From assembly GCA_021787565.1 (NCBI GenBank), contig JAJYLT010000016.1:9156-73155 (forward strand): a stretch of 64,000 nucleotides of DNA, given 5' to 3'. The DNA is from Acidobacteriota bacterium. Lineage in GTDB: Bacteria > Acidobacteriota > UBA4820 > DSQY01. Positions 51,211 through 60,340 of this stretch are shown here, in pieces (positions within the stretch are counted from its first letter, which is position 1; each line of letters starts with the position of its first letter). Under the pieces are notes generated by a model. That model saw only the letters and a program-made list of their open reading frames with translations, was not told the DNA's origin and ran no database searches. Made by a program: the position numbers and the translations under genes.

Positions 51211-52107
51211 TCAACCGGCGCCGGCGAACAGGCTCCGCTGAAACACCGTGTCGCTTACGGTCTCTAGGTGCGGGTAGAGAGCGATCAGCTCCTGAGGGAT
51301 GTGCTGCTTTTGGCCCGTGAGGGCAAACTGGACCTGGAATGCGTTGGCCACGGCCTTGCCTCGAAAATGGTTATTGAAGATGAGGATCACCTCCTTGGCC
51401 ACGGTGGAGGCCTCCCGGACGGCGTTCACCCACGGGGCCAATTCGGCGGCGCTGTAGAGGTAGTTGTACCGCTCGTCCCGGCCCGCCCCCTCGGTGAACC
51501 AGGCGGCGGCGTTTCGGCCGTGGAAGCGGAAGTAGGCGAGATCCGAGGTTACGGCGCAGGTGGGTCCGAGGCAGTGGGCCAGGGCCGGCTGATCGATGTT
51601 GCAGAAGGCCACGCCGCACTCCCGCAGCATCCGCAGCACATCCTTGGAACCCCACGAGGCGTGGCGCAGCTCCACCGCCAGCGGATAGGCGGAGAAGCGG
51701 CTGGCGAGGGCCAGCAGGGTTTTCCGGTTCTCTTCCGTGTTCTTGAAGGACCAGGGCCACTGGATGAGCACGGCGGACAGACGGTGGAAACGCACCAGGG
51801 GTTCCACCGCCCGGTGGAAGGCCCGCTCATCTACCAGAGAGGCTTTGCGCGTATGGGTGAACCCCTGGAAGAGCTTCACCGTGAAGCGGAAATCGGGGAA
51901 GTCAGACGCCTTCCGCACCCACTCGCCCGTGGCGATGGGATCGGGGATCCGGTAGAAGGTGCTGTCCACCTCCACCACGCCGAGGAGCCCCGCGAGGAAG
52001 GCCAGGGGGACGAAGTCGCGGCCGACCCTCGGCGGGTACACCACCCCTTTCCAGTCGGGGTATGTCCAGCCGGCTACGCCGATGCGGAGGGAGGTTTGTT
52101 CCTTCAC
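51211..52107 (-). CDS. DUF72 (YecE-like) family protein
   Basis: IGVAGWTYPDW, VEVDSTFY, FTVK, AVELRHASW, YFRFHGRN, RYNYLYS, FNNH. Confidence 0.92.
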   Translation of the reverse strand: MKEQTSLRIGVAGWTYPDWKGVVYPPRVGRDFVPLAFLAGLLGVVEVDSTFYRIPDPIATGEWVRKASDFPDFRFTVKLFQGFTHTRKASLVDERAFHRAVEPLVRFHRLSAVLIQWPWSFKNTEENRKTLLALASRFSAYPLAVELRHASWGSKDVLRMLRECGVAFCNIDQPALAHCLGPTCAVTSDLAYFRFHGRNAAAWFTEGAGRDERYNYLYSAAELAPWVNAVREASTVAKEVILIFNNHFRGKAVANAFQVQFALTGQKQHIPQELIALYPHLETVSDTVFQRSLFAGAG

Positions 52108-52155
52108 GGCAGTACCTCAATCACCATCCCACCCCTATAAGATAGGGACAGATTT

Positions 52156-52746
52156 CTATCTTTCCCTCACCCACACGATCTTGTAGGCGAAACGGACATC
52201 CTGCGGCTCGACGACCACCGGCGGATAGAGGGGGTTCACCGATTCGAGGATGATCCGCCCGCCCGCCTCCCGGTAGCGCTTCACGTACTTCTCGCCGGTC
52301 ATGAGGCCTATCACGGCGTAGTCGCCGCTGACGGGCCTCTTGCGCGTGTCCACCATGACCACCTGGCCGTCCTCGTACTTGGGCACCATGCTGTCCCCCG
52401 CCACCTCCACGCCGAAGCCGTTGGGGTCCGTGAACTGCGGCGGGCGGGGCAGGAAGTACATGCCGCCGCCCGCGGGGTAGCCCTGGTCGGTGAACTCCAC
52501 CGCCTCCCCCGCGGAGGCGAAGGCCACTACCGGCACCTCCTCGGCCAGGGAGTTCTCCTGGGTGATCATGGAGAGGGGCACCTCCATGGCTTCGGCGATG
52601 GCTTCCAGGGAGCGGAGCGAGGGGGTGATGCGCCCCTTCTCGATGCGCGCGTAGTTCGGGGGGCTCCATCCCAGGCGCCGCGCCACCTCCGCCTGGGTCA
52701 ACCCGAGAGACTTCCGGACCGATACGAGCTTCTTCGCAAAATCCAT
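52156..52746 (-). CDS. XRE-HTH + S24 autopeptidase repressor (CI/LexA-like)
   Basis: RKSLGLTQAEVARRLG...IEKG HTH; Ala-Gly cleavage site (ASAG), catalytic Ser (GDSM) and Lys (VKR); GGAGG RBS before ATG 52746. Confidence 0.92.
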   Translation of the reverse strand: MDFAKKLVSVRKSLGLTQAEVARRLGWSPPNYARIEKGRITPSLRSLEAIAEAMEVPLSMITQENSLAEEVPVVAFASAGEAVEFTDQGYPAGGGMYFLPRPPQFTDPNGFGVEVAGDSMVPKYEDGQVVMVDTRKRPVSGDYAVIGLMTGEKYVKRYREAGGRIILESVNPLYPPVVVEPQDVRFAYKIVWVRER

Positions 52747-52765
52747 GACCAGCCTCCGCACCATA

Positions 52766-52794
52766 ATAATAGTCAGGCATGACCATAAAGTCAA
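52766..52794 (-). promoter_or_regulatory. sigma70 promoter of the repressor with palindromic operator
   Basis: TTGACT-17 bp-TATTAT; AATAGTCA-GGCA-TGACCATA at 52768-52787, same register as at dnaE2. Confidence 0.85.
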
Positions 52795-52997
52795 GTGAAA
52801 GCCCCACGACCGGTGCGGATTGGCTCCCGGCAGCCCCGATCGGATCTGCGTCTACGAGATCAGCTGGAGAGGGCCGGCGCTGAGCGCCGGTCCTCCTGAG
52901 GGCTCCACCGAAGGCCCGCTCACGAAGGATCTTAGGTTGCGAAGCCCCGACGCCGCTGTACGTAGCGCAGCCGTTCCGGCCCTCGTTCCATCTCCCG

Positions 52998-54842
52998 TCA
53001 GTGCAGAGCGGCCAGAACATCCACGAGGACGGGCATCTTGCGGCCGCCGGAGGTGAGGTAGGCGCCGGCGGCGAACTCCTTCAGGCCTCGCAGGAGTTCC
53101 TGCGCGAGCTCCACGCCGAGGGCCATCTGGTCCTCCCTCCTATCGAGGCGCTCGAACCGATCCATGACGGTCCTGGGGACGGTCATCCCGGGCACCTCGT
53201 TGGCTAGGTACAGGGCCTGTTTCAGGCTGGCGATGGGCAGCACGCCCGGCAGGATCACCACGGGCAGGCCCTTCAGCCGGTCAAGAAACCGGCGGACGGG
53301 CTCCAGGTCGAAGACGGGCTGGCTCATGGCAAAGACCGCGCCGGCATCCAGCCGCTCCCTGAGCTTGGCGATCTCCTTCTCGGGGTCCTGGGCCGTGAGA
53401 TTCACCCCCACACCCACGGCGAATTGGGTGGGGGTACCCGTGGGGTGGTCCGAGAAATCCAGCCCCCGGTTCAACGAGGCGATGATCTTCACGAGGCCCA
53501 CCACGTTGACGTCGTTCACCGAGGTGGCCAAGGGGAAGTCGCCGTGGGCCGTCGGATCGCCGGAGAGGGCCAGGATCCCCTCCACGCCCAGGAGCGAGGC
53601 GCCCAGGAGTTCGGATTGCAGGGCCAGCAGGTTCCTGTCCCGGCAGGTCATGTGCAGGATGGTGGGCAGGCCGGTCTCCTGCTGGACGAAATGGGCCAGC
53701 GCCATGGAGGAGACGCGCACCCGGGCCATGGGGTTGTCCGCGATATCCACCGCGGACGACCCGGCCTGCTTGAGCAGGCGGGCCACCTCCACCGCCTCGC
53801 GCGCGTCGGGCCCCTTGGGTGGATTGATCTCGCAGGTCACCGCGAAGCCGTTCCGCAGACGGGCGAAGAAGCCTCCGCCCTGCGGCGGTGCCGGCGCGAC
53901 GGCCGGCGCGTCCTCGATCAGGAGCCATCCCTCCGGGCTGCCCTGGCGCTTCACGGGCGGCCTCTTCCGGATGATCTGCGCCACCGCCCGGATGGTCTCC
54001 GGCGTCGTGCCGCAGCAACCGCCCACGATGTTCACGCCGAGATCCACGTATCGCTTGATGTAGTTCGCCACGTACTCGGGGCTGGAGAGGTAGTGGATCT
54101 GGCCGTCCACCTCGGCGGGATAGCCGGCGTTGGGCATGACCACCAGCGGGTGGTCCACGCTCTGGCAGATCTCCTCCACCAGGGGAAGCGTGTCGGCGGG
54201 GCCCACCGAACAGTTGATGCCCACCACGTCGGCGCCCTGCTTGGCCAAACGCCTGCACCCTTCGATGGGCGTGTCGCCGAAGAAGGTCCTCCCCTCCCGG
54301 TTGAAGGTGAGCGAGGCCAGGATGGGGATTTCGGGCGCCACCTCCCTGCACGCGTCGATGAAGAAGCAGGTCTCCAGCGCCGACTGCTGGGTCTCCAGGA
54401 TGAAGAGGTCGGGTTCGGCCGAGGCCAGGGCCGTCACCTGCTCCCGGCAGATCTCGCGCGCCGCCTCCTCTTCCATGTCTCCGTAAGGCTTCAGCATCAC
54501 CTTGAGGGGGCCGATGGAAGCGCCCACCCACACGGGAGCTCCGTGGGCCGCTCGCCTGGCGATCTCCACGCCGCGGGCATTGATCTCCTCCAGCCGCCCC
54601 TCCAGGTCGTAGACACGCAGGCCCAGGCGGTTGGCCTTGAAGGTGTTGGTGGTCAGGATCTGGGCCCCGGCGTGGACATACTCCCGGTGGAGGGCGAAGA
54701 CGAGGTCCGCCTGGCTGAGGTTGGCCTCCTCCAGACAGCGGTTCCTCGGGATGCCGCGGAGGTGCAGGACGGTGCCCATGGCGCCGTCGGCCAGGATCAC
54801 CGATTCCTTCATCCAGCTCGCCAGCGATTCGCGTTTGGTCAC
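52998..54842 (-). CDS. Bifunctional homocysteine S-methyltransferase / methylenetetrahydrofolate reductase (YitJ-like)
   Basis: DGAMGT, GINC, GGCCGTTP, then MTHFR motifs EINPP, HMTCRDRN, SGDP, SQPVFD. Confidence 0.92.
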   Translation of the reverse strand: MTKRESLASWMKESVILADGAMGTVLHLRGIPRNRCLEEANLSQADLVFALHREYVHAGAQILTTNTFKANRLGLRVYDLEGRLEEINARGVEIARRAAHGAPVWVGASIGPLKVMLKPYGDMEEEAAREICREQVTALASAEPDLFILETQQSALETCFFIDACREVAPEIPILASLTFNREGRTFFGDTPIEGCRRLAKQGADVVGINCSVGPADTLPLVEEICQSVDHPLVVMPNAGYPAEVDGQIHYLSSPEYVANYIKRYVDLGVNIVGGCCGTTPETIRAVAQIIRKRPPVKRQGSPEGWLLIEDAPAVAPAPPQGGGFFARLRNGFAVTCEINPPKGPDAREAVEVARLLKQAGSSAVDIADNPMARVRVSSMALAHFVQQETGLPTILHMTCRDRNLLALQSELLGASLLGVEGILALSGDPTAHGDFPLATSVNDVNVVGLVKIIASLNRGLDFSDHPTGTPTQFAVGVGVNLTAQDPEKEIAKLRERLDAGAVFAMSQPVFDLEPVRRFLDRLKGLPVVILPGVLPIASLKQALYLANEVPGMTVPRTVMDRFERLDRREDQMALGVELAQELLRGLKEFAAGAYLTSGGRKMPVLVDVLAALH

Positions 54843-54930
54843 CTTGCGCCTCCGTGTCGGAGCCGGTAAGCCGCCTCTTTCCGGTCTCTCCTCATCATCT
54901 CCTCATCTCCTCATCTCGGCACCCCATCCC

Positions 54931-57900
54931 TCACACGCCAAAGTACTTCGCCTGCGGGTGGTGCACCACCACCGCGGAGACCGAGGCTTCCGGCTCCATC
55001 ATGAAGCCCTCCGTGAGCTCCACCCCAATCCTCTCGGGCCCGAGCAACTCGAACAGGCGCGCCTGGAGCGAGAGGTCCGGGCAGGCGGGATAACCGAAGC
55101 TGTACCGCTTCCCCCGGTAGCGCGCCTGGAAGCGGTCCATCATGGTCATCTCCGGCGGATCGGGGAAACCCCACCGCTCGCGGATCTTGCCATGGAGCCA
55201 CTCGGCCGTCGCCTCCGCCAGCTCCAGCGCCAGCGCCTGGAGGGCGTGGCACCTCAGGAAGCTTCCCTCCCGCTTGAGCCCCTCCACCCGATCGCGGATG
55301 CCCTCCCCGGCCGTCGTGACGAAGAGGGCCACCGAGTCGCCTCCGCCCTCCGAAACCGGCCGGATGAAGTCGGCGATGCACTCCCGCTCGCCGCCGCGCT
55401 GCCGGGGGAAGGCGAAGGACGCCGGGGGACGGCCCCGCGCGAAGAGGCGGAGGTCGTTTCCGTCGGATTCGGCGGCGAAGAAGCGATAGATCGCCCTCAG
55501 CCTGATCCAGCCGGAGTCCCGGAGCCCCTCCATCAGCGATGCCAGCTCGACGGCCCGGGGATCGCCCTCTTCCCTGAGCCTGGCGAAGCTGCCGCGGAGG
55601 CCGAGGTGCTTGCCGTAGAGCATCTGGGGATTGAGGTAGGGCCACACTTCCGCGACGGAAGGCTCCAGAATGTGCTCCGACTCATCCGGAGGAGGCAGAG
55701 CCGGAAGGAGTTCGATCCGTGGGCTCCTCACGGCGGGGACATCCCACTCCTCGGGCACGGCCCGCGGGGGCACCTGGCCCGCCGTGCGGCGCCTCTCCTC
55801 GATCTCGGCCCGCGCCGCGTCGGCCCGCTCCGGGTCGGTCAGGCGGTTCAGCAGATCCAGCCCGGTCATGGCGTCCTTGGCGTAGGCCACGAATCCTCCA
55901 TAGGCGGGAGCGATCTTCAGGTCGGTGAACTTCTCCGTCAGGGCAGCCCCGCCCACGAGCAGCAACGGGGCGACCCCGGCCGCCGTAAGGTCCTCGGCCG
56001 TGGTCACCATCTGAAACGCGCTCCTGACGAGGAGGCCCGAGAGGCCGATGGCATCGGGCTCGTGCTCGCGAAAGGCCCGGACGAGCGTCTCCGGCAGCAC
56101 CTTGATCCCCAGGTTCACCACACGGTAGCCGTTGTTGCTGAAGATGATGTCCACGAGATTCTTTCCGATGTCGTGGACGTCGCCCTTCACGGTGGCCAGG
56201 AGGACGGTGCCCCGCAGGGCGTCGGCGCGCCGCTCCATCTTCGCCTCCAGCCTGGAGACGGCGGCCTTCATCACCTCCGCCGACTGGAGCACCTCGGCCA
56301 CGATGAGCTGGTTGGCGGCGAAGAGCCGGCCCACCTCGGCCATGCCCGCCATGAGGGGGCCGTTGATGATCGCAAGAGGCTGCATCCCTTGCGCGAGCAG
56401 TTCGTCCAGGTCCTCCGCCAAGCCCTGCTTGGTGCCCTCGATGATGCACCGAGGAAGCCGCTCCGCCGCCGTTCCCGCTCTCTTCCGAGAGGGGGCCGTG
56501 GTTCCGCCCCGCCCCTTGAAGTAGGCCGAGAAGGCTCCCACCGGATCCCCTCCGCGGCGGAAAAGAAGGTTCTCCGCCAGGGCGCGCTCCTCCTCCGGAA
56601 TGGTGGGATAGCGACGGATCTTCTCGCTGTTCACGATGGCCAGATCGAGGCCGGCCAGCGTGCAGTGGTAGAGGAAGACCGAGTTCAAGACCTCCCTCCC
56701 TACGGGCGGCAGACCGAAGCTGACGTTCGAGATGCCGAGGATGGACTTGCTGTCGGGGAACTCCGCCTTGATGAGCCGGAGCCCCTCGATGGTCTCCACG
56801 GCGCTCCCCGCGTAGGCCTCGTCGCCTGTGCCGCAGGGGAAGACCAGGGGGTCGAAGAAGAGATCCTCGGGCGGCATGCCGTATTTTTCCGTGAGCAGGG
56901 AAAAGGCCCGGCGGGCGATGGAGAGCTTTCGCACTCTCGTCACGGCCATGCCCGCCGAAGGGTCCTCGTCGATGGTCCCGACGACGAGGGCCGCCCCGAA
57001 GGATCGGGCCAGGGGGACGACCTTGCGGAAACGCTCCTCCCCGTCCTCGAGATTCACCGAGTTGATCACCGCCTTGCCCTGGCATAGCGACAGGGCCCGC
57101 TCGACCACCCCGGCGTCGGTGGAGTCGATCATGAGCGGGGCCCGCACCATCCGGGAGGCCTTCTCCAGAAAGCCAGTCAGGTCCGAGAGTTCGTCCCGGT
57201 CGGGGTCCTGGAGGCAGACGTCCAGGATCTGGGCGCCGGCCCGCACCTGCTCCCTCGCCAGCTCCGCGGCCCCCTCCGCATCGCCCGCCGCGATGAGGCT
57301 CTTGAATCGCCGGCTGCCCAGTACGTTGGTACGCTCGCCCACCAGGACCGGCCGGTTCTCCTCCTCCACCTCCAGAAAGTCGATGCCCGACAGGAAGGTC
57401 CGGTGGTGCTCGGGCACACGGCGCGGACGAAGGCCCGCCACGGAGTCGGCGAGGGCCCGGATGTGCTCCGCCGTGGTCCCGCAGCAGCCACCCGCCAGGT
57501 TGATCCAGCCCGATTCCGCGAAGCGCGCCAGATGGGCCGCGAACTCGGCCGGAGTGGTGCCGTAGCGGCCGTTCTCGTCGGGCAGGCCGGCGTTGGGGTA
57601 GCAGGAGACCCTCGTCTTCGCGATGGCCGAGAGGCTCCGCAGGTGGCTCGTCATCAATTCCGGCCCCGTGGCGCAGTTGAGGCCCACGGCCAGGAGGGGG
57701 GCGTGCATGACGGAGGCGTAGAGCGCCTCGATGGTCTGTCCGGCCAGCATGGTGCCGGAGGGCTCGATGGTGACCGAGACCATCACGGGCACCTCCAGCC
57801 CGGTCTCCTCCATGGCACTCCGGAGACCGAAGAGGCCCGCCTTCAGGTTGCGCGTGTCCTGGACGGTCTCCAGCACCAGCAGGTCCGCGCCCCCTTCGAG

Positions 57901-58359
57901 GAGGCCGAAGGCCTGGATCCGGTAGTGCTCTCGCATCTGTTCGAAGCTCACGCCGCCCGTCACCGTGATGGAACGGGTCGTTGGGCCCATGGAACCGGCC
58001 ACGAAGCGGGGCTTGGAGGGGGTGGAAAAGGCCGCGCAGGCGGCGCGGGCGATCTGGGCCGCGCGACGGTTGATCTCCATCGCCTTCCCCGCCAGTCCGT
58101 ACTCGGCCAGGACGAGCGGGGTGCCGCCGAAGGTGTCGGTCTCCACGATTTGGGCCCCCGCCCCCAGATAGCTCTCGTGGACGGCCCGAACCACGTCGGG
58201 GCGCGAGAAGACGAGGTGCTCGTTGCACCCCTCCAACTCGGACCCGCCGAAGTCCTTCGCGGTGAGCCCGAAGGCCTGCAGGGCGGTGCCCGTGGCCCCG
58301 TCCATCACGACGACGGCCTCTTGCAGGAGATCCAGGAGTTGCTCGCCCCGGTCGTTCAT
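54931..58359 (-). CDS. metH: B12-dependent methionine synthase
   Basis: DGATGT, LNCATGP, GGCCGT, GERTN, GDVHDIGKN, SGLL, RYSFGYPACP. Confidence 0.96.
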   Translation of the reverse strand: MNDRGEQLLDLLQEAVVVMDGATGTALQAFGLTAKDFGGSELEGCNEHLVFSRPDVVRAVHESYLGAGAQIVETDTFGGTPLVLAEYGLAGKAMEINRRAAQIARAACAAFSTPSKPRFVAGSMGPTTRSITVTGGVSFEQMREHYRIQAFGLLEGGADLLVLETVQDTRNLKAGLFGLRSAMEETGLEVPVMVSVTIEPSGTMLAGQTIEALYASVMHAPLLAVGLNCATGPELMTSHLRSLSAIAKTRVSCYPNAGLPDENGRYGTTPAEFAAHLARFAESGWINLAGGCCGTTAEHIRALADSVAGLRPRRVPEHHRTFLSGIDFLEVEEENRPVLVGERTNVLGSRRFKSLIAAGDAEGAAELAREQVRAGAQILDVCLQDPDRDELSDLTGFLEKASRMVRAPLMIDSTDAGVVERALSLCQGKAVINSVNLEDGEERFRKVVPLARSFGAALVVGTIDEDPSAGMAVTRVRKLSIARRAFSLLTEKYGMPPEDLFFDPLVFPCGTGDEAYAGSAVETIEGLRLIKAEFPDSKSILGISNVSFGLPPVGREVLNSVFLYHCTLAGLDLAIVNSEKIRRYPTIPEEERALAENLLFRRGGDPVGAFSAYFKGRGGTTAPSRKRAGTAAERLPRCIIEGTKQGLAEDLDELLAQGMQPLAIINGPLMAGMAEVGRLFAANQLIVAEVLQSAEVMKAAVSRLEAKMERRADALRGTVLLATVKGDVHDIGKNLVDIIFSNNGYRVVNLGIKVLPETLVRAFREHEPDAIGLSGLLVRSAFQMVTTAEDLTAAGVAPLLLVGGAALTEKFTDLKIAPAYGGFVAYAKDAMTGLDLLNRLTDPERADAARAEIEERRRTAGQVPPRAVPEEWDVPAVRSPRIELLPALPPPDESEHILEPSVAEVWPYLNPQMLYGKHLGLRGSFARLREEGDPRAVELASLMEGLRDSGWIRLRAIYRFFAAESDGNDLRLFARGRPPASFAFPRQRGGERECIADFIRPVSEGGGDSVALFVTTAGEGIRDRVEGLKREGSFLRCHALQALALELAEATAEWLHGKIRERWGFPDPPEMTMMDRFQARYRGKRYSFGYPACPDLSLQARLFELLGPERIGVELTEGFMMEPEASVSAVVVHHPQAKYFGV

Positions 58360-58513
58360 GGGCTCAACCTCCGCGCGCGGACCCTAAACCATGGCTATAG
58401 TACCTCTGGCGAGGGGCGGATGACACGGGGGAGGATGCGAGGAGCGACGAAGGGCCGCGGAAATTCCGGGGCCTCCCTTGTCCCCTGTCCCTCCCTGCTC
58501 CATCCCTTCAGGC

Positions 58514-58664
58514 GCCCAATTCCGCGATAGCAGCTCAACGCCTGCGTAGGAGCGGCGCCTCGCCGCGAACCGGGTGACCCTGCGACCAGAATGCGGTGCC
58601 CGCGTCCGGTCCGTCGCGCCGGGGGCGGCGCTCCTACGAGTGCAATTCCATCGCGGAATTTGGG
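58514..58664 (-). mobile_element. MITE family A copy 6
   Basis: Reverse copy; direct repeat CAGGC at 58509-58513 and 58665-58669. Confidence 0.93.
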
Positions 58665-58677
58665 CAGGCGCCGGCAC

Positions 58678-58706
58678 TTGCAAGAATCTGCGGGATTTGG
58701 TATAAA
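58678..58706 (+). promoter_or_regulatory. sigma70 promoter of rpmB
   Basis: TTGCAA-17 bp-TATAAA. Confidence 0.65.
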
Positions 58707-58731
58707 TGCTTCTTCGCGAAGGAGCACCACC

Positions 58732-58923
58732 ATGGCAAGAGTGTGCGAGATCTGCGGGAAGAAACCGAGCGTGGGAAACAACGTCAGCCACGCCCACAAC
58801 CTGACCAAGCGCCGGTGGCTTCCCAACCTACAGACCGTCCGGGCCAGCGTCAACGGACAGACCAAGACCGTCCGCGTGTGCACCAAGTGCCTCAAGGCCG
58901 GCAAGATCCAGAAGGCTGGCTGA
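58732..58923 (+). CDS. rpmB: 50S ribosomal protein L28 (Zn-ribbon form)
   Basis: [30 protein letters not shown]...CTKCLK. Confidence 0.97.
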   Translation: MARVCEICGKKPSVGNNVSHAHNLTKRRWLPNLQTVRASVNGQTKTVRVCTKCLKAGKIQKAG

Positions 58924-58967
58924 GCCTCCCTTCCCTTTGACTCCGCATCCCAACGGGTCCGGCCGGA

Positions 58968-60167
58968 TCACGCTCCGCCGGACCCTCGTCCGTCCGACGT
59001 CCAACCGGTGGCCCGGCTACTCCGACGCTCCGGCGCTTCCAGGAAGGCCATGATCTCACGGGCCGCTCTCTGGTAGCCGTTCCCCTCTCCAAGCCGCGCT
59101 CTGATTTCCCGAGACATCACCTCGGCCCGTGTCCGGCTCACCTCGGGCTCGTCCAGAAACCCGCCGAGCACGTCCGCCACGCGCTCACCCGTGAAGTCGG
59201 ACTGGATCAATTCGGGGATGACGCGTTTTCCGAGGACGATGTTGGGAAGCCCCACGTTTTCCAGCTTGACCAGGCGCGACCCGATGGCGTAGCTGGCCCT
59301 CCTCAGGCGGTAGACGATGACCTCCGGGACGCCCAGGAGCGCCCCCTCCAGCGTGGCCGTGCCCGAGGCCACGGCCGCCGCGTGGGCGTGTCCGAGCACG
59401 TCCCTGTACTCTCCCTCCACCCAGCGGACGTCCAGGTCGCGGTAAGGCCTCCGGAGCGAATCGGGCAACCCCTTCGCCCACGGGACGAGCACGCAGACCT
59501 CCGGCCGAGCCGCCAGGAGCCGGCGGGCGGCATCCATCAGGGGCGGGAGGTTCCTCTGGACCTCCGAGGCTCTGCTGCCGGGAAGAAGGGCGACGCGTCT
59601 CCGCTCGGGCCCGAGCCCCTGGCGGTCGAGAAAGGTCTGCAGGGACGTGTCGGTAGCTACCGTGCCGACAAAGGGGTGTCCCACGAATCGGGCGCGAACC
59701 CCGCGGGCCGCCAGAAAGGGCTCCTCGAAGGGGAAGATGACCAGGCAGAGGTCCACGTTCCGTCTCAGGAACTCGGTGCGTCCCTGCCGCCACGCCCAGA
59801 CCTGGGGAGTGATGTAGTACAGCACCGGCAACCCGAGCTGGTGGGCGAACCGGGCCAGGCGAAAGTTAAAATCCGGGAAATCCACGAGAACCAGGGCATC
59901 CGGTCGACGCTGCCTGAGCATTCGCTTGAGCGTTCCCATGGAGCGCCACAGGCTGGGCAGGTGGGCCACCACTTCGGCGATGCCCACCACGGCGAGCCTC
60001 TCCATGGGCACCGCGATCTCCACGCCGGCGGAGGCCATGGCGGGGCCGCCCGCGCCAAACCACCGGCTCCCCGGGGCCAGGCGGTCGAAGGCCTCCACCA
60101 GTTTCCCCGCGTGACCGTCCCCCGAGGGTTCGCCGGCCACCACCGCCACGCTGAAGGGCCTGCCCAT
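58968..60167 (-). CDS. lpxB: Lipid-A-disaccharide synthase
   Basis: AGEPSGD, VDFPDFN, PQVWAWR, FVGHP, LLPGSR, ASGTATLE, PELIQ. Confidence 0.95.
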   Translation of the reverse strand: MGRPFSVAVVAGEPSGDGHAGKLVEAFDRLAPGSRWFGAGGPAMASAGVEIAVPMERLAVVGIAEVVAHLPSLWRSMGTLKRMLRQRRPDALVLVDFPDFNFRLARFAHQLGLPVLYYITPQVWAWRQGRTEFLRRNVDLCLVIFPFEEPFLAARGVRARFVGHPFVGTVATDTSLQTFLDRQGLGPERRRVALLPGSRASEVQRNLPPLMDAARRLLAARPEVCVLVPWAKGLPDSLRRPYRDLDVRWVEGEYRDVLGHAHAAAVASGTATLEGALLGVPEVIVYRLRRASYAIGSRLVKLENVGLPNIVLGKRVIPELIQSDFTGERVADVLGGFLDEPEVSRTRAEVMSREIRARLGEGNGYQRAAREIMAFLEAPERRSSRATGWTSDGRGSGGA

Positions 60168-60340
60168 GGTGCCTCCCGGCGCATTGTATCTGAAACGTCC
60201 CGGTGCAGGAAGAATGCGGGGATCGGGAAACCGCGGGCCGGGGTCTCGTCCGTCGGCCCTTTGCCGTCGGCCCTTTGCACCTTGTCGGAGCGGCCAAAAT
60301 CCTGTATCATGAAGCTCCTTGCGAGTGGAGGAAGCGCCTC

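Noticed and set aside
52156-52746. Prophage marked by the CI-like repressor
   Set aside because: No integrase, divergent cro, replication or structural genes; flanked by yitJ/metH and DUF72
58380-58402. Third copy of the repressor operator (CATGGCTATAG) near metH
   Set aside because: Only one imperfect half-site, with no matching left arm
58360-58513. SAM or cobalamin riboswitch upstream of metH
   Set aside because: No S-box or B12-box consensus visible in the leader
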